In this document: one piece after another, positions 11,583 through 20,315 of the stretch
Layout: every line of letters starts with the position of its first letter
Numbering within the stretch: position 1 is the first letter of the stretch
Notes under the pieces: generated by a model
The model's input: the letters and a program-made list of their open reading frames with translations, nothing else
The model's database searches: none
Told to the model about the DNA's origin: nothing
Position numbers and translations under genes: made by a program
Source of the DNA: Syntrophales bacterium
GTDB taxonomy: Bacteria; Desulfobacterota; Syntrophia; Syntrophales; UBA2210
NCBI GenBank assembly: GCA_963666365.2
Contig: CAXXNF010000002.1
Coordinates: 2,144,001-2,208,000 of the forward strand
Direction of reading: 5' to 3'
DNA length: 64,000 nt

Positions 11583-12287
11583 ATGATTAATGAAAAAAAA
11601 GACATGTCACGGAAAAAAGACCTGAAAATCCTTATTGAGGATTACCTGGAGCGGGACATTCTGCAAATGGAAACCCTTTTTGACAGGCGAAGACATGACG
11701 CAACGGCACTTTTCAGCAGAATCTTCCAACTGCTGGGAGCACCAGAAATTGATGCTGACGACCTGACGCCTTATGAATTGAAGGAAACTGTCCTGGAATG
11801 GCATGGGCTCTTGTCGCCAATCTGGGGGAAAATTAAGAATGCTTTTCTTGATTATCGTAACCATGTTCTTCCAGAAAAAAGAACGCACCAACGTATGATT
11901 ACATCGGCACAAAATCCTTTGTCACCACTCAGCAAATACAGGGATCTAGTGGAACACACACCTGCCTTTCCCGAGGAAAAAACCTACGCCATAAAAGCTC
12001 GACGAATGCCAGTCACTATAAATCTTTCCTTCTCTTCCGAAAAATTTCATATCTCCATGGAGGGTCTCAGAATACTCGATAATTTTCTTCTTCATCTTAA
12101 GGATGTGCCCATAGAGAGCTTATATCCCTGCGACCACTGCGGGAAGATCATTGTGGCAACCAGAAAGGGAAAACGATATCATGCGGGATGTGCCGCCAAA
12201 GCGAAACAGAAAGAACGGTGGGAAAAAGATCCTGAAGGATGTCGCGAGAAAGAACGACAGCGATATCGGGAACGAAAAAAAACATAA
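11583..12287 (+). CDS. Hypothetical protein with C-terminal CGNR-like Zn finger
   Basis: CDHCGKIIV...RYHAGC followed by a basic tail. Confidence 0.6.
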   Translation: MINEKKDMSRKKDLKILIEDYLERDILQMETLFDRRRHDATALFSRIFQLLGAPEIDADDLTPYELKETVLEWHGLLSPIWGKIKNAFLDYRNHVLPEKRTHQRMITSAQNPLSPLSKYRDLVEHTPAFPEEKTYAIKARRMPVTINLSFSSEKFHISMEGLRILDNFLLHLKDVPIESLYPCDHCGKIIVATRKGKRYHAGCAAKAKQKERWEKDPEGCREKERQRYRERKKT

Positions 12288-12454
12288 AGAATAAACAAGA
12301 GGTTCTGTAAATGCGATAAATACTGTCCGCATTGAAGTAAGGTCCCGATAAAAATTAAGAAAAATGGGATCCCGGTAATCTATGGAGGCATGGAGAAGGG
12401 TACAAAAGATGGAACGGAACGCTGTTGGGGTTTCCCATACCAGATGTGGGGTGA

Positions 12455-13543
12455 CTATTTCATTAAGTCCTTCTTCTGCTCTTCACTCCTCTTCTTGTAT
12501 GTCGCTGCATATGCGGCACATAAATTTGAGCAATACTCTTTATTAGCTTTGGGGAATTTTACGAAGAGCCTTTTCTGGCGACATGATTTGTTTCCGCAAA
12601 TGCCAAAATAATCGAGGCTGACGTGGGAAAACATCATCATAATTAGATGTGCTAACTCATTTTTCGCATTTGTAAACCTCTTTTTAAAGTTGTCATCGAG
12701 ATAAACATGCAGGCTGTGGTAATTGAAATCCTTTGTGGGCCTTTCTTTGCTCAAAATGTTCGGGAAATAGCATTCAATCAGTGAATATTCATCCAAGGCA
12801 ATCATTGCTTTAATGTCACTTATAATAGAATCGAGTAGTGAAAAAACATCTTCAACCCACAATTCAAATAACTTTATGTTGATCATAGGGTATCCGTTTC
12901 GTTTCTGATAGTGGAAATAGGCAACCACATCATTGGTTAACGTACGGAAAGCCTCTTGAACCTCCTGCTCAGAAACCCCGTCCAGAAGACTGTGCAGGAA
13001 ATCGTTGTCAGGTTTTTTAAACTCGCGTGCAAACTCTTCCTGCAACGTGTCCGCTTTGGCTTCCGAAAAACTTTCAATTCCCTTTTTCCTAAAATATAAC
13101 GACTCTAAAACTGCGTATTCTCTGATTTCCGGTTTTTCTAAAACACCGTCAGCAAGATTGAATGCCAGAACAACATCGTCGGGATTTGAAAAGTCAAAGT
13201 GGTCATTGTTATATATGTCGATAAAATGCTTTCGTGTGACTGGTGATGAAAACCAGGAATCAACCCGGTCGATGGAAGGTTTTTCCTGCAGATCGTACAA
13301 TGGTGCTCTTTTTCCTCGAAGGAATTTCCTGAAATTGACCACCATAGCCCTTGTCGGTCCCTCCCCCTCCTTTAAAAAGGGTGCATACAACATCCAAAAG
13401 GTTTGCATCTTGTCTATGAGGATAGCCCTCTTTTTCTGCGATCGTTTATTATCGTAATAAAATTGCTCGATTAGGAATTTCAGACCCCACAATTTTTGTG
13501 TCAGATGGCTATCGATCCCTTCCATGTTTAATGAACTCCTCAA
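12455..13543 (-). CDS. Hypothetical protein with C-terminal CGNR-like Zn finger
   Basis: CGNKSC...KEYCSNLC followed by a basic tail. Confidence 0.6.
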   Translation of the reverse strand: MRSSLNMEGIDSHLTQKLWGLKFLIEQFYYDNKRSQKKRAILIDKMQTFWMLYAPFLKEGEGPTRAMVVNFRKFLRGKRAPLYDLQEKPSIDRVDSWFSSPVTRKHFIDIYNNDHFDFSNPDDVVLAFNLADGVLEKPEIREYAVLESLYFRKKGIESFSEAKADTLQEEFAREFKKPDNDFLHSLLDGVSEQEVQEAFRTLTNDVVAYFHYQKRNGYPMINIKLFELWVEDVFSLLDSIISDIKAMIALDEYSLIECYFPNILSKERPTKDFNYHSLHVYLDDNFKKRFTNAKNELAHLIMMMFSHVSLDYFGICGNKSCRQKRLFVKFPKANKEYCSNLCAAYAATYKKRSEEQKKDLMK

Positions 13544-13724
13544 GTTTTTGCAATAGTTCGTTAAAAATAAATCAATATTATCAACTAGTTATTGACATTT
13601 AAAATCGAATGTCATATTTTTTCATTAAACACGGTTGCAACCATAAAATCAAGCAATTTGCCCCCTCACTTGAGGCAGAGGCAACCACATCAAGACCGAA
13701 ACAACGGTCAAGGAGAAAAGAGAT

Positions 13725-13952
13725 ATGTTTATGCACAAACACAAAATAGCAGCCATTAATGAACAACTGGCGTCCCGGCTGGGAAAAATGGACCCTACGG
13801 GACTTAGCATGAAGAGAAGAACTGAAACCATTCTGATCGATATGCTGGACAGATTACCACCTGGTTGGAATGCTCAGGACCCTGCCTGTACGGTGAAGTC
13901 GCGCAAGAGAAGAAGGCGTAGACGAGGACCTCGCGTTCTAACTTCCAACTAA
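13725..13952 (+). CDS. Small basic hypothetical protein
   Basis: AAGGAG RBS, 75 aa, Arg-rich tail. Confidence 0.45.
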   Translation: MFMHKHKIAAINEQLASRLGKMDPTGLSMKRRTETILIDMLDRLPPGWNAQDPACTVKSRKRRRRRRGPRVLTSN

Positions 13953-14137
13953 AACGGATAAGTCATTATAACAGTCACCGAATTGATGGTCTCATAGGGA
14001 AAGGAGGTACAATTATGAAGATATAAGCATATCATCGGATCAGCACTAATTTAAAATTTATAGACACATGTGGGGCCGGTTTTTTTCTGTGAAAGCCGGC
14101 CCTTTTTATTAACCTGAAACAGGAAGGAGAAATAAAA

Positions 14138-15202
14138 ATGTCGAATGACGAAAATATTACGAACTTAGAAGTAGAAAACGAAGTCATCACGGATGAGAAC
14201 AATCAGCATAACATTCCTTCAGTCGATGTAAATCATGACTCGATAGAGCCCGAATCAGAATACTGGTCCTATATGGGTACCGATAGTACCGCTGTTAACG
14301 AAATTAGAATATGCAGTGTCGGTGAGGAATTGGATGATGCGGAGGGTTACGGAGAGCGAATCAATGCCTGGACCGGGGAACTTGAGGCAAACCTCGTCGA
14401 GGGTAGAACAAGGCCCATCAATGATTTACTAAGCGATGGGGTTACCATGGTCCGTGAAATATCAGCAGACGCCAACAGCCTGATCAACTCCGCGAACCGT
14501 GATTTTGCGAACCGGGCTATTCAAATCGGTATTCTCTGCATCAAACTCAAGAGCCTGCTTTCGGAATCCAAGAGAAAATGGGGCCCCTGGGCAGAGGAAA
14601 ACCTCCCTTTCATAGCCCGACGCAACCGTGAAAAATATATGCGGCTTGCGAAACGTAAAGATTGCTGGCCCTTCAGCTTCCTGGGCGTTGACCGTCTCGA
14701 TGAGCTCTGCGCGGCGACCGAAAAGATGTCAGGCGAGGATAGAATTGGAGATCTCTTTCGCACCTACGGGATCCCCTTCGATGAAGGCTCGGAACTCAAC
14801 ATGACCGAATTTCGGCTCAAGATCGACACTGCCATCGCCAATGAACGGCTTATCAAAAAAAGCATAACAATTGATCCTGCCCTGGTCGAGGCCGTGATTC
14901 GCCAGGGAATCGAAGTTGACGGCGCCCTTATTCGTCGGTTGTCGGACGCAATAAGTTCCGGCGGAAATCCATCCATGCTGCTTGAAAAAATTTCCCTTGA
15001 GGGCGGCCAGGAGCCACAGAGCAAGGCACCGGAAACGCGAGTCAGAGATTTTAATAGTCTTTCCAATAAGTTGATCAAAACGATTGAATTCATTGCGGGA
15101 GACAGGGACCATCTGGACAGAATCGACAGGGAGAGCCTGGAGAGGCTCCTGGAAAAACTTCAGGGTATTCTGGAGCAATTTCAGCCTGAAACGGTAGCGT
15201 GA
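14138..15202 (+). CDS. DUF3102-like DNA-binding protein
   Basis: AIQIGILCIKLK...KWGPWAEENLPFIARRNREKYMRLA resembles the DUF3102 pattern; strong RBS. Confidence 0.55.
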   Translation: MSNDENITNLEVENEVITDENNQHNIPSVDVNHDSIEPESEYWSYMGTDSTAVNEIRICSVGEELDDAEGYGERINAWTGELEANLVEGRTRPINDLLSDGVTMVREISADANSLINSANRDFANRAIQIGILCIKLKSLLSESKRKWGPWAEENLPFIARRNREKYMRLAKRKDCWPFSFLGVDRLDELCAATEKMSGEDRIGDLFRTYGIPFDEGSELNMTEFRLKIDTAIANERLIKKSITIDPALVEAVIRQGIEVDGALIRRLSDAISSGGNPSMLLEKISLEGGQEPQSKAPETRVRDFNSLSNKLIKTIEFIAGDRDHLDRIDRESLERLLEKLQGILEQFQPETVA

Positions 15203-15274
15203 CTTTTAACAATCCGGCCCCTTACCGTCTCCGTAATGGTGGGGGGCCTTCACTTTTTATAAGGAGATACAATC

Positions 15275-16156
15275 ATGAAATTTTACCAAGCCTCCATGAG
15301 TTTGCGAATTCTGCAGAGGTACTGGAAAGTATTCGGTGAGAAAGTCAATATCCTGCTCTCTTTTGCCTATGTCGGCTCTGACTTTTCGAACATTGTCACC
15401 AACTGTCGGCACATGGTGAAGGGACTCGTTCTCGATTCCGGTGCGTGGTCCGTTGCCACGGGTGTTGCCGACCTTTCGCTGCAAAACTACATGGCGTTCA
15501 CAAAACTCCATGGTCATCGCTTCGATCGATATTTCAATTTCGACACAGACTTCAGTGATAGCGGCTTTGATCACAACGTAGCCCACCAGCTGATCATGGA
15601 GCGGGAGGGACTTTCCCCAGTTCCCGTGGTTCACAATCTCTTTGACGGTGAGATCGATTATTATGTTCAGTCCGGCAGATATGACTATCTCGCGTTGGGT
15701 TCGAGCCAGACAACCAATTATGACGACCTGGCCTATGGGGTTCATCGAATCAAGAAGGCAAAGGAGGACATGAAAATTCACTGGTTCGGCGGCGGCAGGT
15801 ATGACTGGCTCAGCAGATTGCCCATAACATCCTGCGACACATCATCGTGGGCATCACTCGGCAAGTTCGGTTTCATCATGTACTGGAACCAGCATCAACC
15901 GGGGCCGAACAAGGCTGACAAAATATACGTCAGCGGCACAGTGCGACCGGTAAAGGAAGATGAGTTTCTCTACACCACCTATCCCTGGAGAGAGGAACTT
16001 GACCGCTACATTTTCACGGTCTTTGGGCTCACCTTTCATGATCTCTGTGCCTACGAGGGAGCCTTCAACATGCAGCTGATCAATACCAGGTTCTATGCGG
16101 AAATGGAAAAACGGATCAATGAGGAGCGGACCCGCCGGGGAATCGCACTGGAATAA
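15275..16156 (+). CDS. TGT/DpdA-like base-exchange transglycosylase homolog
   Basis: LDSGAWS, FNFD, PVPVVH, YDYLALG, IHWFG and SCDTSSW match the ordered motifs of the TGT TIM barrel, including both catalytic Asp positions. Confidence 0.6.
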   Translation: MKFYQASMSLRILQRYWKVFGEKVNILLSFAYVGSDFSNIVTNCRHMVKGLVLDSGAWSVATGVADLSLQNYMAFTKLHGHRFDRYFNFDTDFSDSGFDHNVAHQLIMEREGLSPVPVVHNLFDGEIDYYVQSGRYDYLALGSSQTTNYDDLAYGVHRIKKAKEDMKIHWFGGGRYDWLSRLPITSCDTSSWASLGKFGFIMYWNQHQPGPNKADKIYVSGTVRPVKEDEFLYTTYPWREELDRYIFTVFGLTFHDLCAYEGAFNMQLINTRFYAEMEKRINEERTRRGIALE

Positions 16157-16359
16157 AAAACGCAGGAGTCTGCGCTTTTTAAATATTCAACGAAAGGAGG
16201 TATCATTATGGAATAACTATTATTGATACAAGTTGTTAGGACTACAATGGAAGTGGGACGTCTCCAGGAAGGGCGTCCCTTTTTTATTCCAGCACCATGA
16301 ACAGCGGAAGCATCCGGCCTGGCGGACTCCTAGAAAAAAATACAGAAAGGATAAAACAA

Positions 16360-16908
16360 ATGTCAGGAAAAGTCTTTGATGACCTAAAAAGAATTTTCGA
16401 ACAAATTGGCATCCAGATGGACGATGAAGATGAATTGGTTAATTCGGTTTATACCTTAGTGGGCTTTTATGATTACAGAAAAGTTGAAATGTGTGTGGCA
16501 CTCGAACATCATTACTGGCCCCACTTTTCCAAAATCTGGATTGGCGAAATAACGGTGCCAATAGAAAAGATATCTGCTGCCTATGAGCTTATTAGCAGAA
16601 TCAATTCACTGCTTGTATATGATCATTTTAAAATCGACCCCGAAAGTGGTGAAATCGGATTGTATGCTGGTTTTTATAGTGGAATGGTCGGATGCGACGA
16701 AGATGAAGAGGAATTAAATGATGGTTTGGATACATATAGTTTTATGCATATCCGTATGTTGATTTATCAGATGATCCGACATTTTTCCCTTTTTTCACCA
16801 TTGTTTAACACATTAACTAAAACCGATAAGCTTCCATCTGTTATCATGGAAGAATTTTGGAACAAACTTTCCAAAAAAAATAAAGCTGAATTGAGAGAGT
16901 ATCTCTAA
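16360..16908 (+). CDS. YbjN-like (T3SS-chaperone fold) protein, paralog 1
   Basis: VPIEKISAAYELISRINSLLVYDHFKIDPESGEI; start placed at MSGKVF after AAAGGA. Confidence 0.6.
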   Translation: MSGKVFDDLKRIFEQIGIQMDDEDELVNSVYTLVGFYDYRKVEMCVALEHHYWPHFSKIWIGEITVPIEKISAAYELISRINSLLVYDHFKIDPESGEIGLYAGFYSGMVGCDEDEEELNDGLDTYSFMHIRMLIYQMIRHFSLFSPLFNTLTKTDKLPSVIMEEFWNKLSKKNKAELREYL

Positions 16909-17127
16909 TAATCTTCCCAAAGGGACCATCGTGGAATACCGCTGGAATGAAAAACGCAGGAGTCTGCGTTTATTGAGAAAGGGGTGAGCGGATATATGAT
17001 TGCATGAAAACGGTTTTCGGTTAAGCAACTCAAATAATTCAGGTATACGCAATGATAAAGGGGATTGTCTCTCAAACGGGACGCCCCTTTTTTATTGCCA
17101 TTAATCAAAGAAAGGTAGGATTTTGAA

Positions 17128-18123
17128 ATGAATAAGATGAATAAGTTTACCGCTAAAGACAAACAGATCTTCGATGACATGAAGCAATGCGTCAAGGATC
17201 TCGGATTAAAAATTGTTGATGAGTATGTGGAGGAAGGGGTTCTTTTGGGAATGTCTACGTTTGAATACCCAGGTTACAACTTGGGGATCTTTTTTTCCTA
17301 TACCCCGTCAACGAATATGGCGTCGGTGGTTTTGGGGTATGCAGATATACCGGTTGAGAAGCTTCCAGCTCTGTATGATTTGCTAAACCGCATTAACGGA
17401 CACCTGATAGGCAACCACTTTTCTATCAATCCTGAACTTAGGATTCTTCTCATGCATTCAGGCATGGAAGTGACTGGCTACTTCCTCGATAAAGCGGCAT
17501 TTATGGGTATCCTTGGACATGATCTCGGCTCAGGACATACGTTTATGCCCTTGATTGGCAAGGTCCTGGCGAGTGATCAAACACCCCAGGCGGTGATGGA
17601 GGAATTTATGAAACAAAAACACAAGATGCCTCGTACCCTGTTTATGCAGGATGGGACGCTCAGAGTGGAACAGGAGGCAGAGGATCTTCCATTCTTCATA
17701 CATGTGTATAAAGATATGCCTGCTTTTCCCACCCACACCCATGGCCTCACAGAACTGGGCATGCCAGAGTTTTTAATGGATCCTCTTTCATTTGGTCAAA
17801 AGGGAACGTACACGCTCGTCATTGTGTCGTACAACTATTTCAGCTGTCCCGAGAATAAAGCTAAGCTGGAAGCCATTATGAATGGGAAAATTGTCAAATT
17901 GACGCACCGTGACCTGGCGCCTGACGGATGCGGTGAAGACCCTTACGTCTATTGCTACCGCAGGGTCTATCCAGAGTTCGAGATGGTCAGGCAAGCATAC
18001 AACATCGACGAGGAAAAGGAACAATCAGACGCCTCTCCGGAAGTGTGTTTTGTCCAGATCTACGTTGAGGGAGATGATCATGTCTTGACTGACGATTACT
18101 ACAAGGGCGGGGTTATGTGGTAG
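17128..18123 (+). CDS. YbjN-like protein, paralog 2, with extra C-terminal domain
   Basis: IPVEKLPALYDLLNRINGHLIGNHFSINPE; C-terminal HTHGLTELGMPEF domain. Confidence 0.6.
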   Translation: MNKMNKFTAKDKQIFDDMKQCVKDLGLKIVDEYVEEGVLLGMSTFEYPGYNLGIFFSYTPSTNMASVVLGYADIPVEKLPALYDLLNRINGHLIGNHFSINPELRILLMHSGMEVTGYFLDKAAFMGILGHDLGSGHTFMPLIGKVLASDQTPQAVMEEFMKQKHKMPRTLFMQDGTLRVEQEAEDLPFFIHVYKDMPAFPTHTHGLTELGMPEFLMDPLSFGQKGTYTLVIVSYNYFSCPENKAKLEAIMNGKIVKLTHRDLAPDGCGEDPYVYCYRRVYPEFEMVRQAYNIDEEKEQSDASPEVCFVQIYVEGDDHVLTDDYYKGGVMW

Positions 18124-18220
18124 GGTAATCAAAAACTAATACATGACAAAGGGGATCGATCGTGCCCGAGATTGATCCCCTTTTGTCATTTCAGCACTTT
18201 CAGAAAGGAAGGAAAAGACA

Positions 18221-19249
18221 ATGAGTAAAAAGAAAAATAAACAAGGCAATAAGGTCGTAAGGGACTTGAAGGAATGTTTCCGGTCCTTCAATCTACCCGT
18301 CAATAAACTCAAAGGCAATCATGACGATCCCATGAATGTCGTCTTCACCTCTCAGCTCTGTAATGACCAGGCCTGCGCATTTGTAGCCGTTACGTTTGAT
18401 AGGTTTAGAGGATATATCGGCATGGACGCCGCCGCCCTTCGCTTTAAAATTCCTCAAGAGAGAATGGGAGAGACATTGACGCTGTTAAATCTGCTCAATG
18501 AAATCAGGCCTATCTGCAGCTATTCGGTTTGCCCCTGCTGCAATACCGTGTCATATAGGACAGCTTTGTTTCTCTCTGGTGAGACCCTTCCTGTGAGTAA
18601 ATTCAGAAGGCTTATCCAGGATATGCTTGAAGAGACATACCTCTGTTTCCCGTTGATATCCAAAGTGGCCACAGATGGCAATCCCAAGGATCTTCATGCT
18701 CGGTTTATGGATGACCATAAACATCTGATGAGCATGGAAAGTAAGTTGTCCCAAAAAGCAATAAAGCAGATTCTTGATGACATGGGGCAGGTTATGGCCA
18801 ACCTCAAAATACCGATTCATGAGAGGCTCTCTGACGGTTTTGTCACGGATCTCATGCTTGAAGGCATGGATTTTCCGGTCCGTATCGGCGTTACACTGGT
18901 AAAAGAATATGAATTGGTCACGCTGAGCGTTGGACCAGCCTTTACCGTTCCAGATGACAAGATTCCCGTAATGTTGGATTTGGTGAACCGGATCAATAGA
19001 GCGTCCGAGCCAGATCATATGTTCATTAACCAGCAATCAAAGCGGGTGATCCTTGTCAACGGGATTCTGATCGACAATGGCACCTTTGATAAAAGGGAGT
19101 TAGAATTGTCGCTTCAAATCCTGCTGGGAAAAGGAAGGTTAGTCTTTCACACTATCAATGAGCAGCTTTCTTCCAATGAAAGCCCAGAAGATCTTTTCGA
19201 AAAGACGATAAAATATCACGAGAAGATCATCGAGAATCAGAACGTTTAG
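18221..19249 (+). CDS. Double YbjN-like domain protein, paralog 3
   Basis: Two copies: IPQERMGETLTLLNLLN and VPDDKIPVMLDLVNRIN. Confidence 0.6.
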   Translation: MSKKKNKQGNKVVRDLKECFRSFNLPVNKLKGNHDDPMNVVFTSQLCNDQACAFVAVTFDRFRGYIGMDAAALRFKIPQERMGETLTLLNLLNEIRPICSYSVCPCCNTVSYRTALFLSGETLPVSKFRRLIQDMLEETYLCFPLISKVATDGNPKDLHARFMDDHKHLMSMESKLSQKAIKQILDDMGQVMANLKIPIHERLSDGFVTDLMLEGMDFPVRIGVTLVKEYELVTLSVGPAFTVPDDKIPVMLDLVNRINRASEPDHMFINQQSKRVILVNGILIDNGTFDKRELELSLQILLGKGRLVFHTINEQLSSNESPEDLFEKTIKYHEKIIENQNV

Positions 19250-19937
19250 TTGATTCTGGAAACCCACACCCTGTGGGTGTGGTCATGTGGGATTGGCTGT
19301 GCCAGTCCCGAATGGGTATGGCCAAATAGGCCGCCCACTGCTATCCTTGCTCAGAGTTGTTAGCCACAACAAAAGAGCAAGGAGGAAGCAGTGAGCAGAT
19401 TTCACAAGTTATCACATACGATATGGCATTGTCAGTACCATATTGTATGGGTTCCGAAATACAGATACCGGATTCTGACAGGTGCTGTTCGGGATGCGAC
19501 AGAGGCGGGGATTCAAGCGATATGCGGTTATGCAGGGTGCGAAGTAATCGAGTTAAACGTACAACGTGATCATGTACACCTTGTGGTAATGATACCGCCC
19601 AAGCTGTCGATATCGAATTTGATGGGTCGCGTTAAGGGACAGACATCAATGAAGATGTTTCATCAATTTCGGGAATTGCGGAAGAAGCCCTATTGGGGGA
19701 ATCATTTTTGGGCAAAAGGATATTGTGTTGACACAGTTGGACTGAATGCCGAGATGATTCGGAAGTATGTCCGGTATCAGGAGAAAAAAGAGAAGCAGGA
19801 AGAGCAACTGAGGTTAGATTAAGAGCACAGAGACATGCGGCACAACTCGCTATGCCTCGCCCCCTCTGGGGGCAGAGGCACAATCCCCCTATGGGGGATA
19901 AATTAAAGCCGCGTCCTGTGGGCGCGGATTATTTACA
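19250..19937 (+). mobile_element. IS200-type element (IS200/IS605 family), no tnpB
   Basis: Subterminal hairpins CCACAC-CCTGTGG-GTGTGG and CCGCG-TCCTGTGGG-CGCGG flank tnpA; inserted between a stop codon and its terminator. Confidence 0.85.
19391..19822 (+). CDS. tnpA: Y1 HUH transposase
   Basis: YHIVWVPKYR, DHVHL, FWAKGY, IRKYVRYQ. Confidence 0.95.
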   Translation: MSRFHKLSHTIWHCQYHIVWVPKYRYRILTGAVRDATEAGIQAICGYAGCEVIELNVQRDHVHLVVMIPPKLSISNLMGRVKGQTSMKMFHQFRELRKKPYWGNHFWAKGYCVDTVGLNAEMIRKYVRYQEKKEKQEEQLRLD

Positions 19938-20129
19938 CTAAAAGGGGCTCATACTTTACGTCTGGTATGGGCCCCTTTTACATCCTATTGTCAGATTACG
20001 GAAAGACCATATTAAAATTAGCTTAGAATCTCAAAGAAACAATCCCGCACTGATCTGTCTCTCACCATAGAACAAACTAATGAAGGATCATTTTCCTTTA
20101 ATTATATTTTATGAAGGAGGAATCGAACT

Positions 20130-20315
20130 ATGAAGACAGCCTGTTTTACAAAAGCGTTAACCGTAGCCTTTACCGAAGACATTTACCTGAAAATCAAGGA
20201 AATAACCGATGAGAAAAATATTTCCATGGGGGAATGGGTGCGAATCGCAGCGGAAAGGGAATTGAACAATAACGAGTATATCAAATGTATTTCTGGAGGA
20301 ATCAAGCATGACTAA
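20130..20315 (+). CDS. Ribbon-helix-helix-like small regulator
   Basis: beta-helix-helix pattern; paralog of 37413-37592; overlaps the primase start. Confidence 0.6.
   Translation: MKTACFTKALTVAFTEDIYLKIKEITDEKNISMGEWVRIAAERELNNNEYIKCISGGIKHD

Noticed and set aside
19823..19937. tnpB or omega-RNA downstream of IS200 tnpA
   Set aside because: Only about 115 bp remain to the right-end hairpin; no tnpB ORF.
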